A stretch of DNA of 64,000 nucleotides from an uncultured Candidatus Rokubacteria bacterium (GCA_963789955.1 CAWBMV010000017.1:32001-96000), one strand, 5' to 3'. Counted from the first letter of the stretch, positions 19,279 through 29,948 are shown. Made by a program: numbers and translations. Notes: a model not told the origin generated them from the letters alone.

Positions 19279-19455
19279 GTGGATGCCACGCTGATGGTCG
19301 GGGTCGGGCTGGCGGCCGGCATCGGTCTGGTCGTCGGCTGGATCACGTATCAGCGCTGCCCGCACTGCGGCCACCTCGTGCGCCGCGCGTCACAGGGCTG
19401 GAAGCGATGCGGCTCCTGCGGTCGGCAGTATCGCCGCGGACTTCGCGTACGATAG
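19279..19455 (+). CDS. Small membrane-anchored zinc-ribbon protein (58 aa; below the ORF-track cutoff)
   Basis: GTG start after GAGGA; MDATLMVGVGLAAGIGLVVGWITYQRCPHCGHLVRRASQGWKRCGSCGRQYRRGLRVR; fills the gap between two co-oriented genes. Confidence 0.7.
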   Translation: MDATLMVGVGLAAGIGLVVGWITYQRCPHCGHLVRRASQGWKRCGSCGRQYRRGLRVR

Positions 19456-19459
19456 CGGC

Positions 19460-20086
19460 ATGCTGAAACTCACTCTGCCGACAGGTCGGACGTTGATCAT
19501 CGCCGGCGGCGCCGCGCTCGTCGTCGTCGCGCTCGGCGCGGGCGGCTGGTACTGGCACATCGTCTCGCAACGGCATGCGATGGCCGCGTACGCCGACGCG
19601 ATGACGCGGGCTCAGCCCGCGCTGACGCCGCAGGCGACCGCGGACGCGAAGGCCACGGCGATCCGGGAGCTCGAAACGGCCCTCACGCAATATCCTTCGG
19701 GCCCGGGCGCCGCGCAGGTGGCCTACGAGCTCGGTAACCTTCGCTACGACGCCCAGCAGTACGCGCAGGCGCGCGGCGCCTGGGATCTCGCCGTCGCGCA
19801 GGGGCCGCCGCGGACGATCAAGGCGCTGAGCCAGGGCGGCATCGCGTACACGTGGGAGGCCGAGCGCAACTACGCGAAGGCGGTCGAGGCGTTCAAGATC
19901 GCGCTGACCGGCCTGGGCCCCAAGGACTTCTACTACGAGGATCTGCTCCTGGGTCTCGCGCGGACGCAGGAGCTGGCCGGCCAGAAGGCCGACGCGATCG
20001 CGACCTATCGCCGGGCGCTCGGCGAGTTCGCGCAGAGTCGTCGCGTCGAGGAGATCAAGGCGCGGCTCGCCGCGCTGGGAGCGTAG
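19460..20086 (+). CDS. YfgM-like membrane-anchored TPR protein
   Basis: N-terminal TM ending GWYW, followed by TPR-like helices (YELGNLRY, YAKAVEAF, LLGLARTQE). Confidence 0.75.
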   Translation: MLKLTLPTGRTLIIAGGAALVVVALGAGGWYWHIVSQRHAMAAYADAMTRAQPALTPQATADAKATAIRELETALTQYPSGPGAAQVAYELGNLRYDAQQYAQARGAWDLAVAQGPPRTIKALSQGGIAYTWEAERNYAKAVEAFKIALTGLGPKDFYYEDLLLGLARTQELAGQKADAIATYRRALGEFAQSRRVEEIKARLAALGA

Positions 20087-20126
20087 TCGATCGGCGCAAC
20101 CCTCGCGCCCGAGCCAGGCCTCGCGT

Positions 20127-20154
20127 ACTTCCGATAAGGTGGATTATGTCAAGT
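20127..20154 (+). other. XerC/XerD dif-like recombination site
   Basis: ACTTCCGATAA-GGTGGA-TTATGTCAAGT: 11-6-11 layout, arms 8/11 inverted, right arm matches the TTATGT(T/A)AA XerD consensus; AT-rich and intergenic. Confidence 0.8.
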
Positions 20155-20198
20155 AAAAGAGAAGTGCCCGTGCGCGGGGTGACGATCTCACCCGGCCA

Positions 20199-20226
20199 TT
20201 GACACGCTCACAAATCCTCCTAGACT
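20199..20226 (+). promoter_or_regulatory. Sigma70-like promoter of the CHASE2 operon
   Basis: TTGACA (20199-20204), 16-nt spacer, TAGACT (20221-20226). Confidence 0.6.
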
Positions 20227-20303
20227 GAGCGCGCCTCGGCGCGGCGCAACGCTTCTCGGGGCGCTGACAACGCGTTGAGAGCTTCGAGAGTCGAGGATCG
20301 CCT

Positions 20304-22149
20304 GTGAACGAACCGCGGGAGCCGGGGCCCTCCAGCGCCGCACGAGAGTCGCGAAGCCCGGCGCCGCTGACCCGGATGCTGATCAGGCTCGGCGCGCTGG
20401 TGCTCATCGGAGCGCTCCTCTTCGTTTTCCATGGGATCCCCTCGTACGTCAAGCCATGGTCGCAGGCGATCATCAACGGCATCGTCAAGTACACGTACCG
20501 GCAGGACGGGCAGGCGGAAACCACCGTCGTTCTCTTCCGAGAGAGCAATCTTCGCGATCTGAAGGAGCCCTACCCGGTCTCGTATCAGCGCCACGCCATG
20601 GTGCTCGACGCGATCGCGTCGTATCAGCCGAGCGCGGTATTCATGGATTTCGTCTTCATGGACCAGCGCCAGGGGATTGGGGATCTGCGCCAGGCCATCT
20701 GCGACTTGCGTGACGCCGAAGATCCCTGTCTATCTCGCGGTGCTCGAACCCATGAAGCGCCCGGAGAAGGCGGGCGAGCCTTGGGTATTCGAATGCGCGA
20801 TTCAGGTGAGCGCCCAGATGGCGGCGGTGGTGGGGACCAGCGGCGTCCTGACGTACGCTCACGGGGTCACCGTCTACCAAGACGCGCAGAAGCACGAGGG
20901 CAAGACGTTCCTCCCCACGCCCGCGTTCGCCATGGCCTCGTCGAAATTGCAGATGGAGCCGAGCGACGCGCAGGACATGGAAATCATCTGGGGTAACGGC
21001 GTCGCGAAGCTGAACGAGCACTGGATGAGCGCGTGCGCGCGCGCCGGCACCTGGCTCTCTCATCTCGTCGGTATCTTCTCGAACGACCCTTTGAAGTCGG
21101 TGAAGCTGCAATGCCCGTACACGCGGACCATCACCGTGGGCCAGCTCCTGCTCTCGTCGGGCGACAAAGAGCTGGCGGACGCGATCCACGGCAGTGCGGT
21201 GTTCTACGGGGCCGCCTTCGATCTCACCGGTGACCGCGTCGCCTCGCCGGTCTTCCAGGAGCTGCCGGGCGTCTATCTGCACGCGATGGCCTACGACAAT
21301 CTCGTGACGTTCCACACCGACTACAAGCGGGCGGAGCGTCAGCTCCTGATTCCCTCGTTGATCGGCCGAAACATCTCCGTTCCGCTCACCGGCGTCGTCG
21401 ACGCCATCCTCCTGCTCGTCACCGTCACCATTCTCCTCCTCGTCGAAGAGCCGCCCGTTCCCGTCCAGACGCTCCGCGCGCGCTTCACGCAGATGAGGCC
21501 CGCGCGCAAGTGGATCGTGCTCGGGCTCATCGCCTCGCTGGTGATCGGCGCGATCAAGGCGGACGCCAGTCTCTTGGCGGCGGGAGGTCTCTTGCTCCTC
21601 ATGATCGCCATCACCCTGCTCGATCTCGCGCCACCGGCCGAACGGCCTCCTGAGAGCCTGCAGGGATTTGTCGTGCGCCGGATTCTGTCTCTCGTCGTCC
21701 CGATCGTCGCGGTGTTGGCGTTCATCGGGATCGACCGTGGACTCGGTCTCGACGCCGCGCTGCTTCTGGTGGCCGTGCCCGGATACTTCATCTACAAGGT
21801 CGTCGTCGGCCGCGATCTGCTCTTCGCGGCGACGGCCGTGCTGCTGGTCCTGGCGGCGGTCGTTCTCGTGTCATCCGCCGGTCAACCTCGGCCCGCGCAA
21901 CGTGATCACGTACGTGGCGTTCTTCGAGGTGGCTCGAACGCTGCTCAAGCATGCGGATGACGTGGCGACCCAGTACTTCGATCTGACGTCGACCGGTATC
22001 CCGATGACGGCGACTGGGGCCGGGCCCGGCCGCTCATGCCGGCACTGGACAAGGTGTTCGCCGTGTGCCGACGCACGACGCGGCACGCCGACACCGAGCG
22101 TGACAGTAAGGAGGAGACTCATGCGAAGCCTGCCGGTGCTCCGGCGTAG
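20304..22149 (+). CDS. CHASE2-domain membrane sensor with multiple C-terminal TM helices and no recognisable output domain (indels near 20715, 21870, 21990)
   Basis: YPVSYQRHAMVLDAI, PSAVFMDFVF, AVFYGA, DRVASPV, LPGVYLHAMAYDNL, then about 6-8 hydrophobic helices; end reconstructed across frames. Confidence 0.7.
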
Positions 22150-22506
22150 TCCACTGATCGTCATCGCGCTGCTCGTTGCCGTCACGACCGCCGGCGCCCA
22201 GGGCGCCTCGCAGGTCACGAAGCTCAGGACGGCGAAGGTGACGCTCTTCGACTGCGCGAGCGGCGCCAAGAAGACGGATCTCGCCCAGAAGGACTTTCAG
22301 GGGCCGTGGCCGGTCACGGGCCAGACCGACGCCGGCCGGCCTTCTCCCCGTCAAGGTCAACGGAGACAACGTATGCGTACGCGTCTACGCGGTCGAGACG
22401 GACAAGGTCATCACGACGAGCTCCGATTGCGAACGCGGTCGTGGCGGCGAATCAGCCCAGGAGCGGCGCGACGCGAGGGGTCGGCGAGGATTGCAAGAAA
22501 CAGTGA
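22121..22506 (+). CDS. Small secreted Cys-containing protein ending in GATRGVGEDC (indels near 22330 and 22430)
   Basis: AAGGAGG RBS, signal peptide ending TAGA/QGA; four Cys after reconstruction; stop overlaps the next gene's GTG. Confidence 0.6.
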
Positions 22507-24139
22507 ATCGTACGGCCGCCCTCGCCCTGGCCGTTCTGGTCGCGACCGGCTGCGCCGCACAGACCGAGCAGACCGGTAAGAGCCGACGCGGGGAACAAGT
22601 CCAGCGTGGATGTCGAATCTCCCGAGCGTGCCCGGCCTGAACGACCAGGGCGAGAAGGCGACGCTCATCTCCGAGCTCAAGACCCGGCCCCTACAAGCCT
22701 CGCCGCTGGCGATCGGCGTGGGGAAGGATCTCGCCCAGCGTCGCGCCGACGCCCTCGGGTTCGTACGCACCGCGTCGCTCGAGCAGTACCTCGCCGCGGT
22801 GCGAGTACCCAGCTGCGTCGCCGCCTCGAACGTCACCGGCGTGCCCGGCCGCGTGACGGTGCTCGCCAATCCTGCGTTCGCCGCCTACTCGACGCCGGAC
22901 GGCAACGTGTACCTGGCGATGGGATGGTTGAAGAACCTCGAGAACGCGGACGAGATGGCGGCGATCGTCGCGCACGAGCTCTCCCACGTGCTGCTCACCC
23001 ACCACTCCTCCGACCTGGTGAGCGAATGGCAGCACAAGGGCCAGGCGATTCAGGAGATCGTCATCCGCGCCAAGGCCGATCAGAGCAAAACGAAGACCGT
23101 GTCGAAGGCCGACGCCAAGACCGTCAAGGACGCGCAGTTCGTCGCGGACATCAGCGACAAGCTGCTGCTCCCGGCATGGAGCCGACGGCAGGAGCGCGAG
23201 GCCGACCTCCTGGGCGTCGACCTGATGATTCGCGCCAACTACTCGCCGGCGGCCATGGTGAGCATGCTCGAGAAGCTCAAAGCGTGGGAAGCGCAGAACA
23301 AGGAGTCGGACGACGCCTTCTGGAGCGGCTCAAGCAGACCGTCGCAGGCGGACGCGGGCCAGGCGGCGAACATGCTCTACAAGAAAGCCGTCAGCATCGT
23401 CTCGGTCAACCATCCCAAGACCGAGGACCGGATCAACGACGTCGCGCAGTACCTCGATCGGCACTACGGCGACAAGAAGCTGCCGGACATGCACCCGGCC
23501 GCGTGGAAGGACGTGGTGACACGGCCGGACGTGGCCGATCTGATCAAGAACTACGACTCGGCCTTCCAGGCGCAAGAAGCTCCTCGACGCGCAACAAGCC
23601 GCTGGAGTCGCTCGCCGAAGCGAAGATCGCGGCGACGGCACCGACGGCGACCGACGCGTACCCCAACTGGATTCTCGCGCGCGCGGCGACGTCGCTCCAT
23701 CGGCAGCCCGACGCGCTCGGCCGCGCTCCAGCGGGCGCTGAGCTCGCCCGAGCCCGAATCCCGCAGATCTACGACGACACGATCGCCGGCTACGAGCAGG
23801 CCACCGAACATCCAGACCGCACTCACGTGGACGGACAAGGCCTCGTCGGTCTTCGGCGGCGCCCCGCGGTGGAGGCCGGTGAAGATCCGACTGCTCAGAA
23901 AGGCCGGGAAGACGTCGGACGCGGACGCTCAGACGCTCGACTGCTCGGTCAACGCTCAGGACTGGCGCCGCCTGTGCCAGGAGGCGAATCAGACGCCGGC
24001 TCCGGGCCAGAAGACGCCGCCGGCGACGCGACACGCGACCCCAAAGCCGAGCCGACACCGACGCCCGGCGACGCCCGCGGCGAGACGCCGGCGCCAAGCC
24101 GGTTCGCCGGCGCCGGCCCCCCCGCCCCGAACGAGCTAG
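22503..24139 (+). CDS. M48 (BepA/YfgC-like) zinc metalloprotease lipoprotein with TPR-like C-terminus (several indels)
   Basis: GTG start MNRTAALALAVLVATGC (lipobox), AAIVAHELSH, QEREADLLG, NHPKTEDRI. Confidence 0.8.
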
Positions 24140-24199
24140 GACGCGGAGCGCGCTACGGGCGGGCGCGCCCGACCGGCGGGGCGACTTTCCAGCGGTTCG

Positions 24200-25363
24200 T
24201 CACGAGCGCGCCCAGCCGCTGCCAGCGGCCGGACGCTCCGCGGTGATGACCTCGTAGTACTTGACGAACGCCGGGTGTTGGCGAGCGGGATCGGACGGTA
24301 GGGCCCTTCACCGCGGACGGAGGGCACGCTCGGCTCGAGGAAGCGTCGCTCGACGTGGATCCTCGCACTGGACCGGCTCCGGTCGCAGATGCTCGCGCGT
24401 GCCCTTGATCCAGAGCGCGCCCAAGCCCATCCGCCCGTCGTGCTGCATGCCTCGTGCGAGGAGCGCAGGCCCAATCGCGTCGAGTCGACGAGCAGCGGAT
24501 TCGGGATCGCTGTCGCCTCGGCGATCATCCACTCGAGCGCCAGATCGGACAGCTCGTTTTCGGGGTAGCCGCCACCGACGTCGGAGTGCACGCCCGGGAA
24601 ACCAGACTTGCTTGATCCGGCCGGAGGCACGATCCGAGTCGAGCTCGTCCCAGAGCTCGGGCCAGGAAGGTCGCGCGATCCTCGTCGAGCGCCAGCGCGT
24701 GGCGCGCGAACGCGACGTCCGGATGCAGGGTCGCATCGTGAAACGCGTGACGCCACGGGACGAACCGGCTGACCCCGGCAAGCCGAGCGCCCGCACCGTG
24801 TCCCACACGCCGATGAAGTGCGGCACTGCGTCGAGGAGCGCATAGCGCTCCCGATAGCGAGCGGCCCGCGAGGCGCGCAGACGCTTCATCTGAGTCGCTG
24901 CGAGCCGTAGGTCTGGTAGACCCAGTGGAGCGCGCGCCACACGAGTCGGCGGCGAGCCCGGCGGTCGACGCGCGGATCATGGCCGCGCCGACTGCGCGTC
25001 GGAATGCCGCACATCGCGAGCATGCCGCCGAGGCTGCGCACGGTGTAGGCACCCGCGGCTGAAGCCGAACAGATAGATCCGATCGCCGGGCTCGTACATC
25101 CGGATCAGGGCGTCGTAGCAGTCGACGATGTTCCAGGAAATGCCGAGACCCGTCGCCTGGCTGACCAGGTTGTAGATCTGGCGCCACCGCCGCCAGCGGG
25201 CGCCGTCGGGCGGCGAGCCGAGGCCGGGATCGTAGAAGGTCTCCTGGACGCCGGGATAGCCGGGCACGCGAGGAACAGCTTGTAGACGTTGCTCGGAACC
25301 AGGCCGGGAATGCCGCCCGGCCTGCCCGGTTCCGTCAGAGAAGATCACGATGTTCTTGGGCAC
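24200..25363 (-). CDS. DUF2235 / Tle1-like alpha/beta hydrolase, heavily frameshifted
   Basis: KNIVIFSDGTG, FYDPGLG, YEPGDRIYLFGFSRG, FIGVWDTV, HALALDEDR, VWFPGVHSDVGGGY, LEWMIAEA across many frames; 3' end approximate. Confidence 0.75.
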
Positions 25364-25451
25364 GCGGCACCTCGACCGAATTCGCGGACGCGACTCTACA
25401 AAGCTTCGATCGGACGCTGTCAATTCGAAAACGGACTCAGCGCGACGCGAG

Positions 25452-26344
25452 TCAGCCGAGATGCGGAAGCACGGCGGCGGCGAAGAGCTGGGTGCCCTCC
25501 GGACGGGGCGCGTCGGCGAAGTTCACGGTCAGCCGATGGGCGCCCTGCGCGACGATCGCCGCGGAGCGCCTCGGTCACGCGCGCCGGCGTGCCGGCGAGC
25601 CTGATGTCGGTCATCGGACGGACGCCGGGCGCGGTCTTGAGCCGCTCCACCTCGCGCTCGGTCTCGGCGATCAGGATGCCGACGCGAACGACCTGGCGGA
25701 TCGTGTCGTAGTCGCGGCCCACCTCGCGGCAGTGCTTCTTGAGAACTTCCTGCTTGTGCGTGTAGAGCGCGGGATCACGGAAGGGATAGTTCCACCAGTC
25801 GGCGTGACGCGCGACGACGCGCAGCAGGTAGGTCTCGCCGTGGCCGCCGACCATGACCGGCGGGATCGGATCGGGTCGAGGCTCGCAGTGCGCGTCGGTG
25901 AGCGTGTAGTGCTCCCCCTGATAGCTGGCGGGCGCCTGGGTCCACATCGTCCGGATCAGCTCGATCGCCTCGGCCAGCTGCGCGATGCGCGTGCGCGTCG
26001 GCGGATACGGCCAGCCGTACGCCCGGTACTCTTCCTCGTTCCAGCCGGCGCCGATGCCGAGGATCACCCGCCCGCCCGAGAGCGCCTGCGCGGTGGCGAC
26101 CATCTTGGCCAGGTGCGCGGGGTTCCGGAAGCTGTTGCAGAGCACTTCGTGGCCGCAGAGCTTGTCGGGATAGCGCGCGAGCGCGTACGGCAGGAGCGTC
26201 CAGCCCTCGGCGACGCGGTTGCCGCCGTACTGGACGTGATCGGGAAGCCAGAGCGAGTCGAACGGGCCGAGCGTCTTGTCGAGGTACGGAAACGTACTGC
26301 TCGACGAGCCTCGACCAGATGTTGAGGCCGACCGGAACCCGCAC
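25452..26344 (-). CDS. LLM-class flavin-dependent oxidoreductase (indels near 26295 and 25565)
   Basis: FDSLWLPDH, FRNPAHLAKM, SGGRVILGIGAGW, PPVMVGG, ARHADWWN. Confidence 0.85.
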
Positions 26345-27165
26345 TAGCCCGGGATGTGCGCTTCTTCGGGGAGCTTGTCCCAGACTGGCTTCCACTCCGG
26401 CACGGTCAGCCCGAACTTCTCGCAGAGGTCCTTGACCTCCGCCGCGAACGCCTGGCGCACCTCGTCGTTGTCACGGAGCTTGAGCTTCAGCTTTCGATAG
26501 ATCTGATTTTTCGGCGATCCCGGGCGCCCGAAGATGTTCATCGTCCGGATGTACCACTTGTCGAACGTGGTCTGGGCTTCCGCGTGGGTCGTTGGGTCTT
26601 CGGTGAGCTTCTTGACCCAGTACTCGCCGTGGCGGATGTGGAACTTCTCTTCCTTGAAGATGCCGTCGATCGCCCGCACCCAGGGCCCGTAGGAGCAGCC
26701 GCGCACGTCCTCGAGCTGATGCCCGGCGCCGCGGTCCATGCAGAAGTTGAAGAAGATGAAATCGGCCCAGGTGTCGATCGGGTAGTAGAAGATGTTCACC
26801 CGCTTGTCGCTCGTGATGCGCGCGGTGCCGATGTCGCGGCCGGCGTCGATGCGCATCGTGAAGATCTCGTCGTGCTGGCGCACGTGGCTCTCGACGTCGA
26901 AGCCGAGGTCGGCCAGCAGCCCGTACATGACGGTCGCGTGGCGGAGCTCGTCCTTCACGATCTGGGCGACCACGTGCTTTTCCTCGACCGTCGGCGCCCT
27001 GGTGATCCAGGGCACGTAGCCATAGCCGCCGGCGAGCTCGGAATCCGCCTGCATGGTCAGGAGATGGATCAGGTTCTCGCGGTACTCCCCGGTCATCTCC
27101 GCGGCCGACTCCAGACGCACGCCGCGGTCGATCTTCGCCATCATGTCCCTGGCCTGGTCGCTCAT
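26344..27165 (-). CDS. PaaA/BoxB-like ferritin-fold diiron protein
   Basis: QADSE, KDELRH, DRGAGHQL, KEEKFH diiron ligand pattern; SYGPW. Confidence 0.75.
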   Translation of the reverse strand: MSDQARDMMAKIDRGVRLESAAEMTGEYRENLIHLLTMQADSELAGGYGYVPWITRAPTVEEKHVVAQIVKDELRHATVMYGLLADLGFDVESHVRQHDEIFTMRIDAGRDIGTARITSDKRVNIFYYPIDTWADFIFFNFCMDRGAGHQLEDVRGCSYGPWVRAIDGIFKEEKFHIRHGEYWVKKLTEDPTTHAEAQTTFDKWYIRTMNIFGRPGSPKNQIYRKLKLKLRDNDEVRQAFAAEVKDLCEKFGLTVPEWKPVWDKLPEEAHIPG

Positions 27166-27190
27166 CGGAGCCTCCCGTCCCAGCATACCG

Positions 27191-28488
27191 CTACCCGCGC
27201 TCGATCACACGCACCGCCTTGCCTTCGGATCGAGGGATCGTTCGAGGCGCCACGATCGTGAGCTCGACACCGAGGCCCGTCGCCTGGCGGAGCTGCTCGG
27301 TGGCGCGCCGTCTCAGCGACGCGATCTCCGGATGATCGGCGGCGAAGCCGCCGCAGCGCGCGATCAGCTCGGGAGCCGGCTCGACCTGGACCTCGAGCCG
27401 CGCCAGGGTCGCGCCACGGTCCACGACGAGCTGATAGTGGGGGGCCAGCTCTTCCACGGCGAGCAGGGTGCGTTCGACCTCGGACGGATAGAGGTTGACC
27501 CCTTTGACGATGAGCATGTCGTCGGAGCGCCCCTTGACCCGCGCCATCCGAGCCGAGGTGCGGCCGCAGCGGCAGGGCTCCACGGTCAGGGTCGTGATGT
27601 CGCCGGTGCGGTAGCGCACGAGCGGCATCGCCCGCTTGGTCACGGTGGTGAAGACGAGCTCCCCTTCCCGGCCCGGCGGCAGCACGGTCCCGGAGGCCGG
27701 ATCGATGATCTCCGGCAGGAAGTGATCGTCGGCGATGTGCAGCCCGTCGCGCGCCTCGCACTCACCGGCGACGCCGGGTCCGATGATCTCCGAGAGGCCG
27801 TAGATGTCGAACGCGCTGAGGCCGAGCGCCCGCTCGATCGCGATCCGGATGCCGTCGGTCCAGGGCTCGGCGCCGAAGATGCCGACGCGCAGGCCGAGGT
27901 CGCGGGGCTTTCCGCCCTGCTCCGCGAGCGTCTCGGCCAGGTGCAACGCGAAGGACGGCGTCGCCGCGATCACGTCCGGCTTGAAGTCTTGCAGCAGGAG
28001 ATGATGGCGCGCGGTGTTGCCCGAGGAGACCGGTACGACGGTCATGCCGACCCGCTCCGCCCCGTCGTGGAAGCCGAGCCCGCCCGTGAAGAGCCCATAG
28101 CCGAAGGCGATGTGGAGGAGATCGCCGCGACGCGTGCCCGCCGCCGTCAGCGCACGGGCCATGACCTCGCGCCAGAGGTCGAGATCGCCGGCGGTATAGG
28201 CGGCGACGGTCGGCTTGCCCTTGGTGCCGGACGACGCGTGGATCCGCGCGACCTCCGGGCGAGGCACCGCCAGGAGGCCGAACGGATACTGCTCGCGAAG
28301 GTCGGTCTTGCGGACGAACGGGCAGGCTCGCGAGATCCGCGAGCGTGCGGACCGTCGGCGCCGCCGAGTCGCTCCCGGTGAAACGGGACGTGCTCGACGG
28401 CCCAGCGGATGGTGTCTTGAAGTCGCTGAAGCTGCAGGCGCTCGCGTGCCGCCCGCGGCATGGTCTCGGCTTCGGGATTCCAGATCAA
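27191..28488 (-). CDS. paaK: Phenylacetate-CoA ligase family protein (indels near 28320-28360)
   Basis: HASSGTKGKPT, FGYGLFTGGLG, GAEPW, YGLSEIIGPG, RYRTGD, GRSDDM. Confidence 0.88.
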
Positions 28489-28790
28489 CGCGCGCGCCGA
28501 GGCGGCTCGGGAAACTTTTGCTCGACGATCCGGTGTTGACGCAGGCCGAGCGCTTCGCGCTGGATCACGAGGGCCAGACGGGCGTGGACGGCTCGCATGC
28601 GCGCGCTCTCGTACTCGCCGAGAAGGCGCGCGTGCTCGTTCGGATCGGGGGCCGCGTCGAGCTGCCGGCCGAGGGCGGTCACGTGCGCGAGCGCCGCCTC
28701 GAGCCGCTCACCGGCGCGGCCGAGCGCCGCCGCCTTTTCCTCGGCGATCTCGGCGTTGATGCGCCGGTGCGACTCTTGAAGCCGCGTCAC
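28485..28790 (-). CDS. DUF6665-like small helical protein
   Basis: EEKAAALGRAGERLEAAL...IQREALGL; GTG overlaps the glycosyltransferase stop. Confidence 0.65.
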   Translation of the reverse strand: MTRLQESHRRINAEIAEEKAAALGRAGERLEAALAHVTALGRQLDAAPDPNEHARLLGEYESARMRAVHARLALVIQREALGLRQHRIVEQKFPEPPRRAR

Positions 28791-29935
28791 CGCAGGCGCG
28801 CGACCGCGTCGGCGTAGACGGCCATCGTCCGGTCGATCTGGAGCTTGACGTCGAACAGATGCTCGGCCACCTCGCGCGCGCGGCGGGCCATCGCGCGCCG
28901 GCGCTCCGGATCGAGGAGGAGTCCGATGACGGCTTCGGCCAGCGCGGCCGGATCGCCCTTCGTGAGGATTCCGGTGTCGCCGTCGCGAACGACCTCGTCG
29001 CAGCCCGGGGCGTCGACGGCCACCGCCGGCAGGCCGCACGCGGCGGCTTCGGCGAGGACCAGGCCCTGCGTCTCGGTCTCGGAGGCGAAGAGAAAGACGT
29101 CGGCGGCCTGGTAGCACTCGGCCAGCGAATCGTGCGGCCGGAGTCCGAGAAAGCGGATCCGCTCGGCCACCGGCAGGCTCGCGGCCGTGCGCCGCAGCCG
29201 CTCCGCCTCGGTGCCCTGCCCCACCAGAACGAGCCGGGCGGCCGGGATCGTCGAGGCGACGCGCTCGAACGCGCCGAGCACCCGATCGACGCTCTTCTCC
29301 CGGTCGAGGCGTCCGACGTAGAGCACCAGCGGCTCGCCCTGGCCCACGCCGAGGCTCCGCCGCGCGGCCTCACGGTCGCCCGGACGAAAGCGCTCGAGAT
29401 CGACGCCCGTGGGGACCACGGCGATCGGTGCCCGGACGCCGCGCGCGTGCAGCTCGTCGCGGATCACCGCCGAGGGCGCCAGCACCGCGTCGGCCTGCGC
29501 CGCGAAGCCGGCGGAGATCCGCAGCGCCGCCGCCTGCACGAGCCGGAGCGGCAGCGGCACGTAGTGCGCGTATTTCTCGTAGCGCGTGTGATAGGTGAAG
29601 ATCAGCGGCCGTCGGGTGCGCCGGGCGAGGCGACGCGCCGCCGGGCCGAGCAGGAACGGATGGTGCGCATGGATGACGTCGAACGCGAGCGCCGACACGA
29701 GCCGCTCGATGCGGCGCGAATACGGCACCGCCAGCGCGAACTCCGGATAGGTCGCGACCGGGATCGACGGGTAGCGAACGACCTTGACCGAGGCGTCCTC
29801 GGCCCCGGTCAGGCGCGGGCCGAAGACCCACGCCTCGTGGCCGGACGCTTCGAGGCCCCGTCGGAGCGTCTCGACCGAGATCGTGACGCCCCCGCAAAAC
29901 GGCAGATAGTTGTTGGTGAAGAGCGCGATCCGCAC
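28787..29935 (-). CDS. GT4 glycosyltransferase (diacylglycerol glucosyltransferase-like)
   Basis: FTNNYLP..GGV, HAHHPF, TYHTRYEKYAHY, GRLDREK, SETETQGLVLAEA. Confidence 0.9.
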   Translation of the reverse strand: MRIALFTNNYLPFCGGVTISVETLRRGLEASGHEAWVFGPRLTGAEDASVKVVRYPSIPVATYPEFALAVPYSRRIERLVSALAFDVIHAHHPFLLGPAARRLARRTRRPLIFTYHTRYEKYAHYVPLPLRLVQAAALRISAGFAAQADAVLAPSAVIRDELHARGVRAPIAVVPTGVDLERFRPGDREAARRSLGVGQGEPLVLYVGRLDREKSVDRVLGAFERVASTIPAARLVLVGQGTEAERLRRTAASLPVAERIRFLGLRPHDSLAECYQAADVFLFASETETQGLVLAEAAACGLPAVAVDAPGCDEVVRDGDTGILTKGDPAALAEAVIGLLLDPERRRAMARRAREVAEHLFDVKLQIDRTMAVYADAVARLR

Positions 29936-29948
29936 GAGCAGAAGTCCG

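Noticed and set aside
24200..25363. Type VI secretion effector-immunity locus
   Set aside because: No vgrG, hcp, PAAR, chaperone or recognisable immunity gene in the window.
20127..26344. Prophage or IMEX integrated at dif
   Set aside because: No replication, integrase or structural genes and no second att/dif copy were found; only the adjacency is reported.
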